64,000 bases of DNA from an uncultured delta proteobacterium (GTDB lineage: Bacteria; Myxococcota_A; Polyangia; Polyangiales; Polyangiaceae): positions 1,472,001 through 1,536,000 of the forward strand of contig CAWDXG010000004.1 in assembly GCA_963806225.1 (NCBI GenBank), written 5' to 3'. The notes under the pieces are model-generated. The model did not search any database and was not told the DNA's origin. It saw nothing but the letters and a program-made list of their open reading frames with translations. The position numbers and the translations under genes were made by a program. Positions within the stretch are counted from its first letter, which is position 1. Every line of letters starts with the position of its first letter. Of the stretch, positions 1-11,035 are shown in pieces.

Positions 1-3000
1 ACTCGACAATCTTTTCCAGCACCTCGGCGGCCGCCTTGCCTCGCCCGGACTCGCTGTACGCATCGCACAGCGCCAACAGCAACTCGCGATCGTCGGGCTT
101 GAGCTGGCTGGCCTGGTCGAGCAGCTCCGCCGCCGCCGCGTGATCCTTGCGCTTGTCCGAGTGGATTGACGCCGCCTCGCGCAACAGCTTGACCTTCTCG
201 TCGTCGCTCCCGGCAAAACCCGCGTCCGCCGCGACCAGGCTGGCCAGCTTGTCCCACGCCTGCATGGACTCGTACAGCCCGTGCAGGCGACTGCGGAGCT
301 CCGCGTTCCGCTCGTCGGCGCCGAGCCCACGCTCCAGCGCGCGAGCGGAGCTCTCGGCGTCGCCGAGCTCGGCGAACTCGTCAGCCAGCTCGATCGACAG
401 GCGAACGGCGTCGTCGCCCCCGCTCATGTCCAGCAACCGCTCGATGCTCTTCGCGGCTTCGGCGTGATCGCCCTCGGCCTGGAACAGGCGCGTCAGCGAC
501 TCGAGCGCGCCCCGGTGCTGGGCATCCCGTTCCAGAACGGAGCGGTAGGTCTCGATGGCCTTCTGGCGATTGCCGAGACGCGACTCGTAGACCTCGCCCA
601 GGCGCACCTGGAACTTGAGCTCGGCCTCGGTATCGCCCCGCTCGCTGGCGGCCTGGATCTGGCTGTTCAGTAGCTCAGCCAGCTCCTCGTCACGCTGCGT
701 CTTCTCGTACAGCTCGCTCAGCGCAACCACCGCCTCGCTGTGCCCAGGCTCGTCGTACAGGACGCCGCGGAGCAGCTCGATAGCCGTGTCCGGCGCCTCG
801 AAGCGCTGTTCGTTCAGCCGTGCCAGCTCGATACGTAGCGCGCTGCGATCAGCGGGCGACTCGGCCATCTCGATCAGGCGTTCGAGCAACCGTCCGAGAT
901 CCTCCCAGCGCTCCGTGGCTTCATACAGACCCTTGAGCGCGCCGGACGCTTCGCGATCGGTCGGCTCGTCCTCGAACAGATGTTCGTACAGGGCGACGGC
1001 CTTGTCGTTGTCGCCCAGCTTGTCCCGCGCGATGCCGGCAGCCTTGTGCCGCAGCTCGCGCACCAGCGAGTACTCGGCCCGGAGCTCGCTGCGGCGCACC
1101 AGGAGGTTGTACGTTTCCTCGTAGTCACCTGCCGCTTCGCGCAGAGCGGTCAGCTCGGACAGGGCCCAGAGGTTGCTGTCGTCGAGCCCCAGAAGCTCGC
1201 GCAGCAGCGACTCTCCTAGCTCGGCGTCGTTCTGCGCGTTGCAGAGCTCCGCGGCCTGGCGGAAGAGATCCTCGCGGCGCTGTTCGTCGAGCTGTAGCTT
1301 GGCCCGCCGGCGCAGCGTCGCGATCAGGTCCTTCTCGCGCCCCGGGGCGTGCTGCAGCTGTTCCACCAGCACCAACACTTCGTCGCTGGACGGATCGAAC
1401 TCGAGCGCCTTCGTCAGCGCCTGCTCGGCCGCCGCGTTGTCCTCGACCCTGTCACGCTGCCAGGTCGCCAGACGAACGCAGAGCTCCCGCCCGGTGTCCG
1501 GAACCAGGTCGGGCGACTTTTCGATGGCATCGCGCAGAGCGGCCGCCGCGCCTTCCCAGTTCCCCGTGATCGGCGCCAACCGTTCGATCTCCTCGAGCAG
1601 GGCGGAATCTGTCGGATCGTCGCTGAGCCCCTGTTGAAGCACCCGCTGCGCCTGGGTCGCGTCGCCCACGTCCTCTTCCAGCACCCTGGCCAGGCTGCGA
1701 CGCATGTCGATACGCTCGCCCGGCGTGTCGGCGAAACCGACCCGCTTCTCGTACAGCGAGGCCAGGCGATCGGTGCGGTTCTGCGAGCGGTAGACGCCCT
1801 CGAGGACCTCGGCCGCTTCTTCGAACAGATCGCGGTCGTCGGTGAGCTTCTCCAGCTCTTCGGCCGCCTGCTCGTGCGCCGGAACGCGCTCCAGCGCCAT
1901 GCGCAGCGACGAGAGCCCGCGCGCAGGTTCGCTGAAGTCGCGGATCTGCAGGACCGCCAAGCGGTAGTACAGCTCCGCCTGCTCGGCCTCCGACTCCTCG
2001 ATCACCACGCGGCGCTCCAGGATCTCGCTGAGCGCCTGGCTGTCACCGAGTCGCGCATGCAGGCGGTCCAGAGCCGACAGCAGCTCCGGCTGATCGCCGG
2101 CCTGCTCGATCGCCCGGACATAGGCCTCCACGGCGCGCTTGTTATCCTCCAGCTTCTCTTCCGCAATGCGTCCGAGCCGGGTGTACAGGTCCTTGGAAAT
2201 ATCCGGATCGAACGTCGCCTGTGCGCGCTCGGACAGAGCGTCGGCGTAGCGAGCCCAGCCGTCCGCTGCCTCTGCGAGGCGTTCGACATCGGCGTGCAGC
2301 TCGCTCGCTTCGGGCTGTTCGGTCAGCGCACGCAGCAGCGCGGCCTCCGCCATCGCAGGCCGCTCCAACTTGCTCTCGAACACCTCGGCGATGGTGCGCA
2401 ATGTCCCGGACCGCTGCGGCGGATCCGTCTCGACGGTGAGCCGGAGCTCGAGCGCGTCGACCAGATCCTCGTGACGGCCACCGGCCTGAAGCACGGGGAT
2501 GAGGATGCCGGCCACGGTCGAGCGCAGGTCCTCGTGCTCCTTGCCGAGCGTTCGCACTGCCGCGATGCTCTCGCCGTCGTCGGGAGCCTCTTCCAGCACC
2601 AGGCGGTAGGCTTCCAGCGCCTCGTCGTAGCTCTGGAGTTGCTCCGAGAGGATTCCACCGATCTGCTTGCGGAGCGCCGAACGCTCTTCCGCCGACTCCG
2701 AGGTGCTCGCCTCGAGCTTGAGGTTGTCGAGCAGCTCGGGCCACATCTGCTCGGCACGGTAGAGGCGATTGAGCCCCGTGAGCACTTCGCGGTCGCCCGG
2801 CTTGACCGCTAGCGCCTGGCCCAGAGCTTCGATGGCCTGGATCCGGTCTTCCAGCTTTTCCTCGTAGCAGCGGGCAGCGCTCGAGAGCAGGTTGTACTTG
2901 AGGTCGATGTCCTCCTCGTCGCATAGCTCCACGCGGCGCTGGTACAGCTCGACCAACGGCTCGGCATCTTCGCGACCTTCCCGGAGGTCGATCAAGCAGT

Positions 3001-6000
3001 CGACCGTGAACGCACTATCCGGCTCCAGCTCGAGGGCCCGCTCGTAGGCCTCGATAGCGCCTCCCGGGTCTTCCAGCATGTCGCGCTTGGCTTCGCCGAT
3101 GCGCCGCCACGCGCTGGCGCGCTCCTCGTCGTCCAGCAAGAGGTCCGCTTTCGCCGTCAGCGCACGCACGACCACCGGCCAATCACTGAGCAAGGTGGCC
3201 AGGCGCTCCATCTTGTTCAGCGGCTCGATGTCGGCCGGGTCCACATCGTGCAGACGGCCGTACGCTTCCAGTGCGCGGCGGGGATCGTCACGGTGTTGGT
3301 CGTGGACGCGCGCCAGCGTGGCCAGGATCTCGCGCCTTGCAGCCAGGTCGGGTTGCTGCTCCAGCACCTCGTCGTAGGTGTCGGCCAGCTGACCCCAGGC
3401 GCCGATCGACTCGGTCAGTCGTTCAAACTCGCCGCGCACGTCTGCGTCGTCCGGATCGATCTCGAAGGCGACCTTGAGCGCGCGCTGCGCGCGGGCCAGA
3501 TCGCTGCCCCGCTCCTCCCAGAGCTGTGCCGTCTCGCGCAACACCGCCACCTTCTCGGCGGGATCCTGCGCGAGCTCGTAGCGATCCTCGTTGAGCTTGA
3601 TGAGGTGCCGCCAGTCATCGGCCGACTCGTACAGCGGGCGAAGGATCTCGACCACGCGCTCCTTGTGCACGTCGACCTCGAGCAGCGCTTCCAGCTCGGC
3701 AATGGCGTCGCCGTTCGTCGGCACCATACGCACGATCTCGTCGAGCTGGTCGATCGCGCGATCGACATCTTCCATTTCCTTCTTGAACAGCCGCGCCAGG
3801 GCAAGCCGATAGGTGGCCGCGGATTCCGGCGTCTCGGCAAGCTCGGCCCGCCGCAGATACAGCTCGGACAGATCGACCCAGCGCTCTCGCTCGCGATACA
3901 GCTCGGTCAACGCATCGAGCGCGACTGCGTCGCTCTCGTCCACGTCCAGCGCCGAGCGATGCGTGTCGATCGCCTCGTCGACGAGCCCGAGCTTCTCGCG
4001 CTGCAAGGCGGCGATGGTGTGCAGGATTCCGAGCCGTTCGGCCGGCTCGAAGCGATGGTCGAGCGCATCGCGGTACAGCTGCACGCGCTCTTCGTACTTC
4101 TCTGTCTTCTGCAGGATCTCGTCGACGGCGTCGAACAGCGGCTGGCTCTCGGGCTCGAAGGCCAGCGCCCGGCGATAGTAGACCAGCGCCTTGTCGTGTT
4201 CGTCGAGCTCGGCGAAGATCTCGCCCGTGCGGCGCGCCAGGCGCGCGGTGGAGGGATCTTCGCCTACCGCTTCCTCCAGCTCCGCCGCGTAGATCTCGGC
4301 GAGGCGACGCTCTGCGCCGGCGACCTTCGCCAGGCGTTCGACCTCGGCCAGAGTCTCCTCGTCGGCAACGTCCTCGTGCAACAGCTTGGCTGCAGTCTCG
4401 AGCGCTGCGGAATAGTCTTCCTGCTGCTCCTCGTACAGCTGCGCGAGCCGGCCGAGCAGGTCGCGGCGCTCGTCCGGATCCTGCGTGAAATCGAGCCGCG
4501 CCCGGATGCAATCCATCACCTTTGCGAAGTCCGCCCGGAGCAGGTACACCGGCTCGAGCAGCGACGCGGCGCGCGCGCGCGATTCTGCTTCGGGAGCCTC
4601 GGCCATCATGCGCTCCAGCTCGGCGATGGAACCTTCGTGCTGCTTTTCGAGCTCGAGCGCCCGTTCCAGCTCGTCGAAGGCCCGTTGCGCGTCGTTCTGG
4701 TGCTTGGATGCGACGCCCGCGATCTTCACGTGCAGCTCGGGCGTGTCGGACGATTCCAGCTGTCGCTGGTACAGCTCGACAAGCTCGCTCCAGCGCTCTT
4801 CTGCGGCGTAGAGCTTCTCCAGCGCCTCGATGGCCGCCGGGTCGAGGTCAAGGTCGAGGATCGTCTCGTAGACCTCGATAGCCCGCGCGTTGTCCTCGAT
4901 CACGTCGGCCAGGAGCCGCGCGCGGCGGAACAGGAGCTGTTTGCGTTCGTCGTCGCCCTCCGCCGCTTCGACCCGCCGTTCCAGGATCTCGAGCAGGTTC
5001 TGCGCGTCCCCTGCCTCCTCGTACAGCGACTCGAGCGCCGAAAGCGCCTGGCGATCATCCGCCCTCAGCTCCAACGCCTTCTGGTAGTACTCGCGCGCCA
5101 GCTCGCGATCGGCGAGCTGGTGCCGCGCCAGGTCGGCGATCTTGAGCGTCACCGCGAGCTGCACCTCGCCGTCGAAGATCTCCGCAACCACCTCGCACAG
5201 GAGCTTGACGTACTGGGCCTGCCGCTCTGTAGCGCCGGCCAGCCGCTCCAGGTGCTCGAGCCACGGCTCCAGCTCGGCGCGTCCCGCCGCCTCCCGGACC
5301 GCTCGTTCTGCATAGCCGAAGGCGCGTCCCTGGTCTCCGAGCGCGCCCTCGGCAACCTGCATCGCGCGCTCCAGCCCTTCCAGCCGGCTCATCGGGTCGT
5401 CCGCGGCGTCGATCTCGATCTCGAGAACCTTGAGCAACCGCTCGTTGTCGCCGTCCGTCTCGTAGATCGGGTGCAGCACTTCCGCCGCCTCGCGACGCGT
5501 CGGGATGTCATCCACCTCGAGGAGTATCTCGAGCGCAGTCCGGCTCGGCGCGTGGCTGGTATCGAGGCTCAGCGCGCGGCGGTAGGTCTCCAGCGCGCCC
5601 TCCAGGTCGCCGAGATGCTGGCGACGCAGATCGCCCAGGCGCGCCAGCATGGAGAGCCGCTCCGCGTCGTCCTCGGTAATGTCGAGGTGCACCTCGTAGC
5701 TCTCGCCCAGCTCGTCCCAGCGCTCGGCGGATTCGTAGAGCTTCTCGATCGCCGACAGTGCCTGAAGCTCGGGACCAAACTCGTCGATCACCGCCCGCCA
5801 GGCATCAATCGCCTCCGGTACGCTCGAGAGCTGGCCGGCAAGGATACCGGCCGCCCGCGTCATCAGAGTCCTGCGCTGGTCGCCGTCCTCCGCGATGTCG
5901 CGACGCCGTTCGATGATTTCGACCAGTTCGCGCCAGCGCTCGGTCTGTTCGTACAGACGATCGAGTGCCGCCAGCGCCTGCTCGTCGCCGGGGCTCTCCT

Positions 6001-9000
6001 CCGACCGCGAACGCCAGGCCTGGATGGCTCCGTCGGTGTCGTGCAGCACGCTGTCGCACAGCTCGCCTAGACGGCCGAGCAGATCGCGGCGCACATCGCC
6101 ATCCTGGTCCATCGCCACCTGGGTGCGCAGCACGCCGGCGAGCTTCTCGTGCTCGCCGCTACCCACGTAGATGCGCTCCAACGCGCGCGCCGCCGGCAGC
6201 ACCAGCTCCGCGTCGCTCTCGTCGAGCGTGATGATGCGACGGTAGGTCTCCTCCGCCCTTCCGGTGTCGCCGAGCAGATCCTCGTAGATGTGCGCGACCT
6301 GCATCAGGATCTCGCCCTTCATACCGGGCGTGTCGGCGTGGTCGGCCGCGGTGCCGAGTACCTCGGCGACGCGCGCGTGGGCTCCCACCCGGCGCCCGAT
6401 CTCCAGCAGTCGCTCGCGGGACTCGACGTCGAGCGGGTCGAGCGGCACCAGACGAGCCAGCGACTCCAGCGCCGCGTCGTCGTCGTGCAGCCTGTCGTCG
6501 CGCAGGGTCGCGATGCGGCGGAGCAGCTCCTTCTGCTCGTCGAGTCGTATTGCCTCGTTGTCCTCGCCGGCCCCGGCGTCGAGCGCCTCGAGTCGTATCA
6601 CCAGCACGCGCACCAGGTCGCGGATCTCGTCACGCGCCTCGTACACGCTCTCGAGCATGCGCGCGGCACGTCCCCTGAGGCTGCCGATCTCGAGCATCTT
6701 CTCGGCCAGCTCGCGCGCGTCGTAGTCGTTCGGCTTGTCCCTGAGCACGTCCTCGACGTGCACGACGGCCTTGTCGGGCTCGTGCAACTGCTCGAGCTGG
6801 ATGCGGGCCAGTCTCAGCTTGAGCTCGGAAGCCTCCTCGCCCGCCGCCGTGTCGAGTCGCCGCTCGAGCAGCGCGGCCAGATCCTTGTGACGCTCCTGGC
6901 GGGCGTAGAGCCGATCCAGGGCGCGCACCGCGGCATCGTGCAGCGGATCGATCTTCAGGATGCGCTCGTAGTAGCGCGTGGCCTTCTCGGCGTCCTCGAT
7001 GATCTCCTCGCAGATGAGCGCGACCTCCACCAGCATGTCGACGCGCCGGGCAGTGTCGTCGGTCGCCTGCGACGCCCGATCATACAACGCCTCCAGCTCG
7101 CCCCAGCGCTCGGCCGCAGTGAGAATATCCTTGAGCCGCGTGAAGGCGCGCTCGTTGCCGGGATCGAGCGCGAGCACCTTCTCCAGATAGGGCGTCGCAC
7201 CGATGGGATCGCCAAGCCGGTCTTCGTGCAGCCGCGCCGCTCGCTCGCAGAGCTCGACTTCGATTTCCGCGGGCAGCTCTCCGCGCATCGCATCGCGGAA
7301 CGTCTCGGCAAGCTCCGTGGGACGACCGGCCAGAACGGCCAGCGAATCGGCCCGATCCCACAGCTCGAGCTCGTCCGGATATTCGGCAACTGCTTTGAGA
7401 ACGACGTCGAGCGCCGTACCGAACGCCCCGAGCTTCTCCTCGTGCACATCGGCCAGGCGCGCGTACAGGTTCATCCGCTCCGCGCGCTCCGTCGCCTGTG
7501 ACAGCATGACCTCCAGAGCCTGGGCCTCGCTGCGCGACTCGCCGGTCGCCGCGAACTGTCGGGACAGTTCCTCCGCCGCAGCCGAACGGGCTTCTGGGTT
7601 GTCCATCAGGCGCTGGAGAACCTTCATCGCGCGCGGGTCGCCCTCGCTGCTTTCCAGTGCGCGCACTGCCGCCGCGAGCGCGTCCATCGGACGCTCGAGC
7701 CTGTCGAGATAGAGCTCGGCCAGATCCACTTCCAGCGCCGCGCGTTCCGCGCCTGCCAGCTGATCGCGATGCTGTTCGATCACCTCTGCCGCACCCGCCG
7801 CGTCGCCCGCCGCGAGCAGCAGGCGCGGCAGCGCGCCAAGCGCGACCGCGTTTTCCGGTTCGATCTCGAGCACGCGACGGTACAGGGCCGCCGCCCCCTC
7901 ACCGGAACCGAAGACTTCCTCTTCCAGTGTGGCCCAGTCCGAGAGGATATGGACCCTGTCCGCGTCGCTCGGCGTGTGCTCGACGCGCAGATCCAGAAGC
8001 CACCTGAGCTCGTCGCGGCGGTCCTCGCGACGCAGGATCGCTTCCAGCGCCTGGGCCGCGTCTTCGTCGGAAGGTTCGCGCTCGAGCAGGCGGCGGTAGG
8101 TCGCGACGGCTTCGTCGCTGCGGCCCAGCTCCTCGGCGTAGACGCGAGCGAGCTTGAGTGACAGCTCCCGGTGCTCCTCCGGCGACGGACCACCGTCCTC
8201 GGCGGCGGTGTCGGCCTTCTTGCGCTTGCGGCGCTTCTTGCCTCCGCCCTCGGGCGGAGCCTCCTCCTGACGCGCCCCGTCGCTCGACAGCCGCGCCTCC
8301 AGAGCCTCGACGAACGGCTCCCAGCTCTGGGCCGAGCGCGCCGAATTCTCCAGCAGCTCGAGTGCCGAGGCGTTTGCGGGCGCGAGCTCGTAGGCCTGGC
8401 GCGCATAGCCGACCGCCGCCTTGCGGTCGGAGAGCCTTCCGCCAGTCACTTCCACCAGCTTGCCCAGTAGCTCGATCTTCTCTCCGTTGTCCTCGGCGTG
8501 CTGCAGCAGGACCTCGTACAGCGCCGGAAGCCGCGCCCACTTCTCGTCTTCCTCGTAGAGCGGCACGAGAGCGCGCGCGGCGCGGGCGTCGTCGGGATGG
8601 GTCGACAGCACGCGCTCGTACGAACGGAACGCGCGGTCGGGCTGCTGGAGCCGGGTTTCGTAGACGGCAGCAGCGCGGTAGCTGAGCTCGACCTTCGCCG
8701 CGGGCTCCTGCGCCCGGTCGGCCGCGTTGCTGAGCACCTCGGCCAGACCTTCCCAGTCGTTCTGCGATCCGTAGAGCTCCTCGAGCCCGTCGTAGTCACC
8801 ACTCTCCAGGTACGACTCGCGCAGCACGCGCAGCGCCCTGTGGTGGCCCGGCGACAGCTCCAGCACGCGGCGCCAGGTCCGCGCGGCGCCTGCATGATCG
8901 CCGAGATGGTCGGCATACACGCTGCCGAGCTTCTGCAGCACGGAAAGCTGCGCCGCTTCGTCCTCCGAGATCTTCACGCGGCGCTCGAGCGCCTCGGCCA

Positions 9001-10936
9001 GCGTCTGCCAGTCCTTCGACCGCTCCGAGTACTTCTCCAGCGCGTCGAGCACCTCGACACGCGTCGGGTCCTGGTCGAGCAGCTGCTTGTACAGCGCGAC
9101 GGCATCCTGACCGCGGTTCAGGCGCTCGGCCGCGAGCTGTGCCATCTCCTTGAGGATGGTGACGCGTTCCGCGCCGTCGGAGGTCTCCAGTTCCCGCTGG
9201 AACAGCTCGTAGAGTGCGGGCCACGCGCGCCGCTTGCGATACAGCTCCTCGAGCCGCTCGCGCGCCTCGCGATCCGCCGGCGCCACCTTCAGGAGCGCTT
9301 CATAGGCCTCGGTCGCGTTCTGCACGTTGGAGAACTGCTCCAACCAGCGACGCGCCGCCGAACGGTACAGCGCGATCTTCTCCTCCTCGTCGGAAGTCAG
9401 CTCGGCCAGCCTGAGCTGGTTGGTCAAAAGCTCGCGCCAGCGGCCGAGCTTCTCGTACAGCTGAACCAGCTCGCGCACCTCGGCAATGTCGTTCTCGTCG
9501 AGCTTCTCGTCGAGCTGGACAATCTGGTTGAGTACGCTGACCAGCGCGGTATCGCTCTTGACGTACTGCCGGTAGACGGTGGCGACCTCGCGCAGGATCG
9601 ACAGGCGCGTCTCGTAGGCTTCCGGATCGGTGCGCTCGAGCTGCTGGCGCAAGAGCTCGACCAGGGCGTTGAACCCCTGCGTCTGCTTGTACAGGCGCTT
9701 CAGCGCGTCGCGCGCCTCGCTGTTGTCCGGATCCTGACGCAGCACGGACTTGTACTGCTCGATGGCCTTCTGCGCGTTCTCCTGGCCCTCGGCCAGCTTT
9801 GCCAGCTCGCCGCCGAGCGCGACCTTGTCGTGGCCGTCCTTCATCGCGCGCTGCGCGGCCTGCAGCACCTCGATGAGCCGCCGGTCATCGCCGAGCTCGG
9901 TGCTGTATTCGCGGTAGAAATCCAGCATTCCCTGGTGGGTGGGGTCGAGCTTGCGGATGCGCTCGAACCAGGACTCGGCGTCGTGCGCGCTTCCACGCAT
10001 GCGCCAGTGCAGCATCGCGATCTGCAGCATGTCGCCCAGACGTTCGGCGTTGCCCAGATCGTGCGATTGAAGTCCTCGCTCGTAGAGCGCGACCAGATCG
10101 TCCCAGCGCTCCTCCTTGGAGTAGTACTCCGAGAGGAACGACATCGCCTCGCCGTGATCGGCATCCTGGCGCAGCACGCGGTCATAGGCGCTCGCGGCGC
10201 GCTCGCGATCCTCGAGCTTGTCCTTGTAGAGCCGGGCCAGACGCACGCCCGCCGCAACGCGGCTCTCGGGCTTCTCGGCACGGTCGGCTACGCGCTCGAG
10301 CGCGCGCGCCGCTTCCTCCCAGCGCTCGCCACGCCGGTAGAGCCGCTCCAGCATGTGGGCAGCGCGCTCGTTGCTCGGGTCGAGGCGCACGGCGTGCTCG
10401 AGCTTGTCGGTGATCGTATTGAGCTCGGCCTCACCGGCACCGAAGCGCAGCTCCATCTCGGCTGCGCGCATCAGCATCGAGCTCTTGTAGACGTCGTCGG
10501 GGGCCTGGTCCGCCTCGCCCTCGTAGGTGGAGACCAGCTCCCTCCACTTGCCGCGCTTGCCTTCGCTCTCCTCGAGAGCCTCGGCGGCCTCGGGGTCGTC
10601 GGGCTCGAGCTCCTGGACGCGTAGCCAGACGACGCCGGCGCCGTCTTCGTCGAGCAGTTGATCGTGCAGCACGGCCGCCTGCTCCCTGAGGAGCGGCAGC
10701 TCGTCCGGCGTCCCCACGGTCGCCTGCACCGCGATCTCGAGCAACGCCGCCGCGGCATCCCACTCGCCGCGCTCGCCGTGCCTCTGTCGTGCGGCCTCGA
10801 GCAGACGCAGGAGCTCGGGCGGCGTCAGATCGCCGTCGGACTCCGCCACCGCCTCCCGCAGCGTCTGCCAGGCCTCTCGGGAGTCGGGGTCATCCTGCAA
10901 GTGCCCAAGTGCGGTCCGGATCGTCTGCGAATCCAT
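1..10936 (-). CDS. Giant tetratricopeptide-repeat protein, GltI/AgmK (gliding motility)-like; 3' end lies outside the window
   Basis: ATG at 10936 reads MDSQTIRTALGHLQDDPDSREAWQTL. The same frame at the window start reads ...LCDAYSESGRGKAAAEVLEKIVE. The ORF track lists no stop-terminated ORF from this start, consistent with an open frame of >=3645 codons. Helical TPR-like repeats recur throughout. Confidence 0.9.
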   Translation of the reverse strand, partial: MDSQTIRTALGHLQDDPDSREAWQTLREAVAESDGDLTPPELLRLLEAARQRHGERGEWDAAAALLEIAVQATVGTPDELPLLREQAAVLHDQLLDEDGAGVVWLRVQELEPDDPEAAEALEESEGKRGKWRELVSTYEGEADQAPDDVYKSSMLMRAAEMELRFGAGEAELNTITDKLEHAVRLDPSNERAAHMLERLYRRGERWEEAARALERVADRAEKPESRVAAGVRLARLYKDKLEDRERAASAYDRVLRQDADHGEAMSFLSEYYSKEERWDDLVALYERGLQSHDLGNAERLGDMLQIAMLHWRMRGSAHDAESWFERIRKLDPTHQGMLDFYREYSTELGDDRRLIEVLQAAQRAMKDGHDKVALGGELAKLAEGQENAQKAIEQYKSVLRQDPDNSEARDALKRLYKQTQGFNALVELLRQQLERTDPEAYETRLSILREVATVYRQYVKSDTALVSVLNQIVQLDEKLDENDIAEVRELVQLYEKLGRWRELLTNQLRLAELTSDEEEKIALYRSAARRWLEQFSNVQNATEAYEALLKVAPADREARERLEELYRKRRAWPALYELFQRELETSDGAERVTILKEMAQLAAERLNRGQDAVALYKQLLDQDPTRVEVLDALEKYSERSKDWQTLAEALERRVKISEDEAAQLSVLQKLGSVYADHLGDHAGAARTWRRVLELSPGHHRALRVLRESYLESGDYDGLEELYGSQNDWEGLAEVLSNAADRAQEPAAKVELSYRAAAVYETRLQQPDRAFRSYERVLSTHPDDARAARALVPLYEEDEKWARLPALYEVLLQHAEDNGEKIELLGKLVEVTGGRLSDRKAAVGYARQAYELAPANASALELLENSARSAQSWEPFVEALEARLSSDGARQEEAPPEGGGKKRRKRKKADTAAEDGGPSPEEHRELSLKLARVYAEELGRSDEAVATYRRLLEREPSDEDAAQALEAILRREDRRDELRWLLDLRVEHTPSDADRVHILSDWATLEEEVFGSGEGAAALYRRVLEIEPENAVALGALPRLLLAAGDAAGAAEVIEQHRDQLAGAERAALEVDLAELYLDRLERPMDALAAAVRALESSEGDPRAMKVLQRLMDNPEARSAAAEELSRQFAATGESRSEAQALEVMLSQATERAERMNLYARLADVHEEKLGAFGTALDVVLKAVAEYPDELELWDRADSLAVLAGRPTELAETFRDAMRGELPAEIEVELCERAARLHEDRLGDPIGATPYLEKVLALDPGNERAFTRLKDILTAAERWGELEALYDRASQATDDTARRVDMLVEVALICEEIIEDAEKATRYYERILKIDPLHDAAVRALDRLYARQERHKDLAALLERRLDTAAGEEASELKLRLARIQLEQLHEPDKAVVHVEDVLRDKPNDYDARELAEKMLEIGSLRGRAARMLESVYEARDEIRDLVRVLVIRLEALDAGAGEDNEAIRLDEQKELLRRIATLRDDRLHDDDAALESLARLVPLDPLDVESRERLLEIGRRVGAHARVAEVLGTAADHADTPGMKGEILMQVAHIYEDLLGDTGRAEETYRRIITLDESDAELVLPAARALERIYVGSGEHEKLAGVLRTQVAMDQDGDVRRDLLGRLGELCDSVLHDTDGAIQAWRSRSEESPGDEQALAALDRLYEQTERWRELVEIIERRRDIAEDGDQRRTLMTRAAGILAGQLSSVPEAIDAWRAVIDEFGPELQALSAIEKLYESAERWDELGESYEVHLDITEDDAERLSMLARLGDLRRQHLGDLEGALETYRRALSLDTSHAPSRTALEILLEVDDIPTRREAAEVLHPIYETDGDNERLLKVLEIEIDAADDPMSRLEGLERAMQVAEGALGDQGRAFGYAERAVREAAGRAELEPWLEHLERLAGATERQAQYVKLLCEVVAEIFDGEVQLAVTLKIADLARHQLADRELAREYYQKALELRADDRQALSALESLYEEAGDAQNLLEILERRVEAAEGDDERKQLLFRRARLLADVIEDNARAIEVYETILDLDLDPAAIEALEKLYAAEERWSELVELYQRQLESSDTPELHVKIAGVASKHQNDAQRAFDELERALELEKQHEGSIAELERMMAEAPEAESRARAASLLEPVYLLRADFAKVMDCIRARLDFTQDPDERRDLLGRLAQLYEEQQEDYSAALETAAKLLHEDVADEETLAEVERLAKVAGAERRLAEIYAAELEEAVGEDPSTARLARRTGEIFAELDEHDKALVYYRRALAFEPESQPLFDAVDEILQKTEKYEERVQLYRDALDHRFEPAERLGILHTIAALQREKLGLVDEAIDTHRSALDVDESDAVALDALTELYRERERWVDLSELYLRRAELAETPESAATYRLALARLFKKEMEDVDRAIDQLDEIVRMVPTNGDAIAELEALLEVDVHKERVVEILRPLYESADDWRHLIKLNEDRYELAQDPAEKVAVLRETAQLWEERGSDLARAQRALKVAFEIDPDDADVRGEFERLTESIGAWGQLADTYDEVLEQQPDLAARREILATLARVHDQHRDDPRRALEAYGRLHDVDPADIEPLNKMERLATLLSDWPVVVRALTAKADLLLDDEERASAWRRIGEAKRDMLEDPGGAIEAYERALELEPDSAFTVDCLIDLREGREDAEPLVELYQRRVELCDEEDIDLKYNLLSSAARCYEEKLEDRIQAIEALGQALAVKPGDREVLTGLNRLYRAEQMWPELLDNLKLEASTSESAEERSALRKQIGGILSEQLQSYDEALEAYRLVLEEAPDDGESIAAVRTLGKEHEDLRSTVAGILIPVLQAGGRHEDLVDALELRLTVETDPPQRSGTLRTIAEVFESKLERPAMAEAALLRALTEQPEASELHADVERLAEAADGWARYADALSERAQATFDPDISKDLYTRLGRIAEEKLEDNKRAVEAYVRAIEQAGDQPELLSALDRLHARLGDSQALSEILERRVVIEESEAEQAELYYRLAVLQIRDFSEPARGLSSLRMALERVPAHEQAAEELEKLTDDRDLFEEAAEVLEGVYRSQNRTDRLASLYEKRVGFADTPGERIDMRRSLARVLEEDVGDATQAQRVLQQGLSDDPTDSALLEEIERLAPITGNWEGAAAALRDAIEKSPDLVPDTGRELCVRLATWQRDRVEDNAAAEQALTKALEFDPSSDEVLVLVEQLQHAPGREKDLIATLRRRAKLQLDEQRREDLFRQAAELCNAQNDAELGESLLRELLGLDDSNLWALSELTALREAAGDYEETYNLLVRRSELRAEYSLVRELRHKAAGIARDKLGDNDKAVALYEHLFEDEPTDREASGALKGLYEATERWEDLGRLLERLIEMAESPADRSALRIELARLNEQRFEAPDTAIELLRGVLYDEPGHSEAVVALSELYEKTQRDEELAELLNSQIQAASERGDTEAELKFQVRLGEVYESRLGNRQKAIETYRSVLERDAQHRGALESLTRLFQAEGDHAEAAKSIERLLDMSGGDDAVRLSIELADEFAELGDAESSARALERGLGADERNAELRSRLHGLYESMQAWDKLASLVAADAGFAGSDDEKVKLLREAASIHSDKRKDHAAAAELLDQASQLKPDDRELLLALCDAYSESGRGKAAAEVLEKIVE

Positions 10937-11035
10937 TCTCCACCCGTCGAAAAAATGCGCTTGTGCGGTGCGCGCGGTGTGTGCCGAGGGGGGCCGAGAG
11001 TACGCTGCGTGTCGGGGCGTTACAAGCCCGGGAAA

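Noticed and set aside
147..10763. Long + strand ORFs such as 3248..6070 (940 aa), 8498..10624 and 1349..2812, plus short off-frame ORFs
   Set aside because: Antisense or off-frame shadows of the giant minus-strand TPR gene, which are common in high-GC DNA; they show no recognisable motifs
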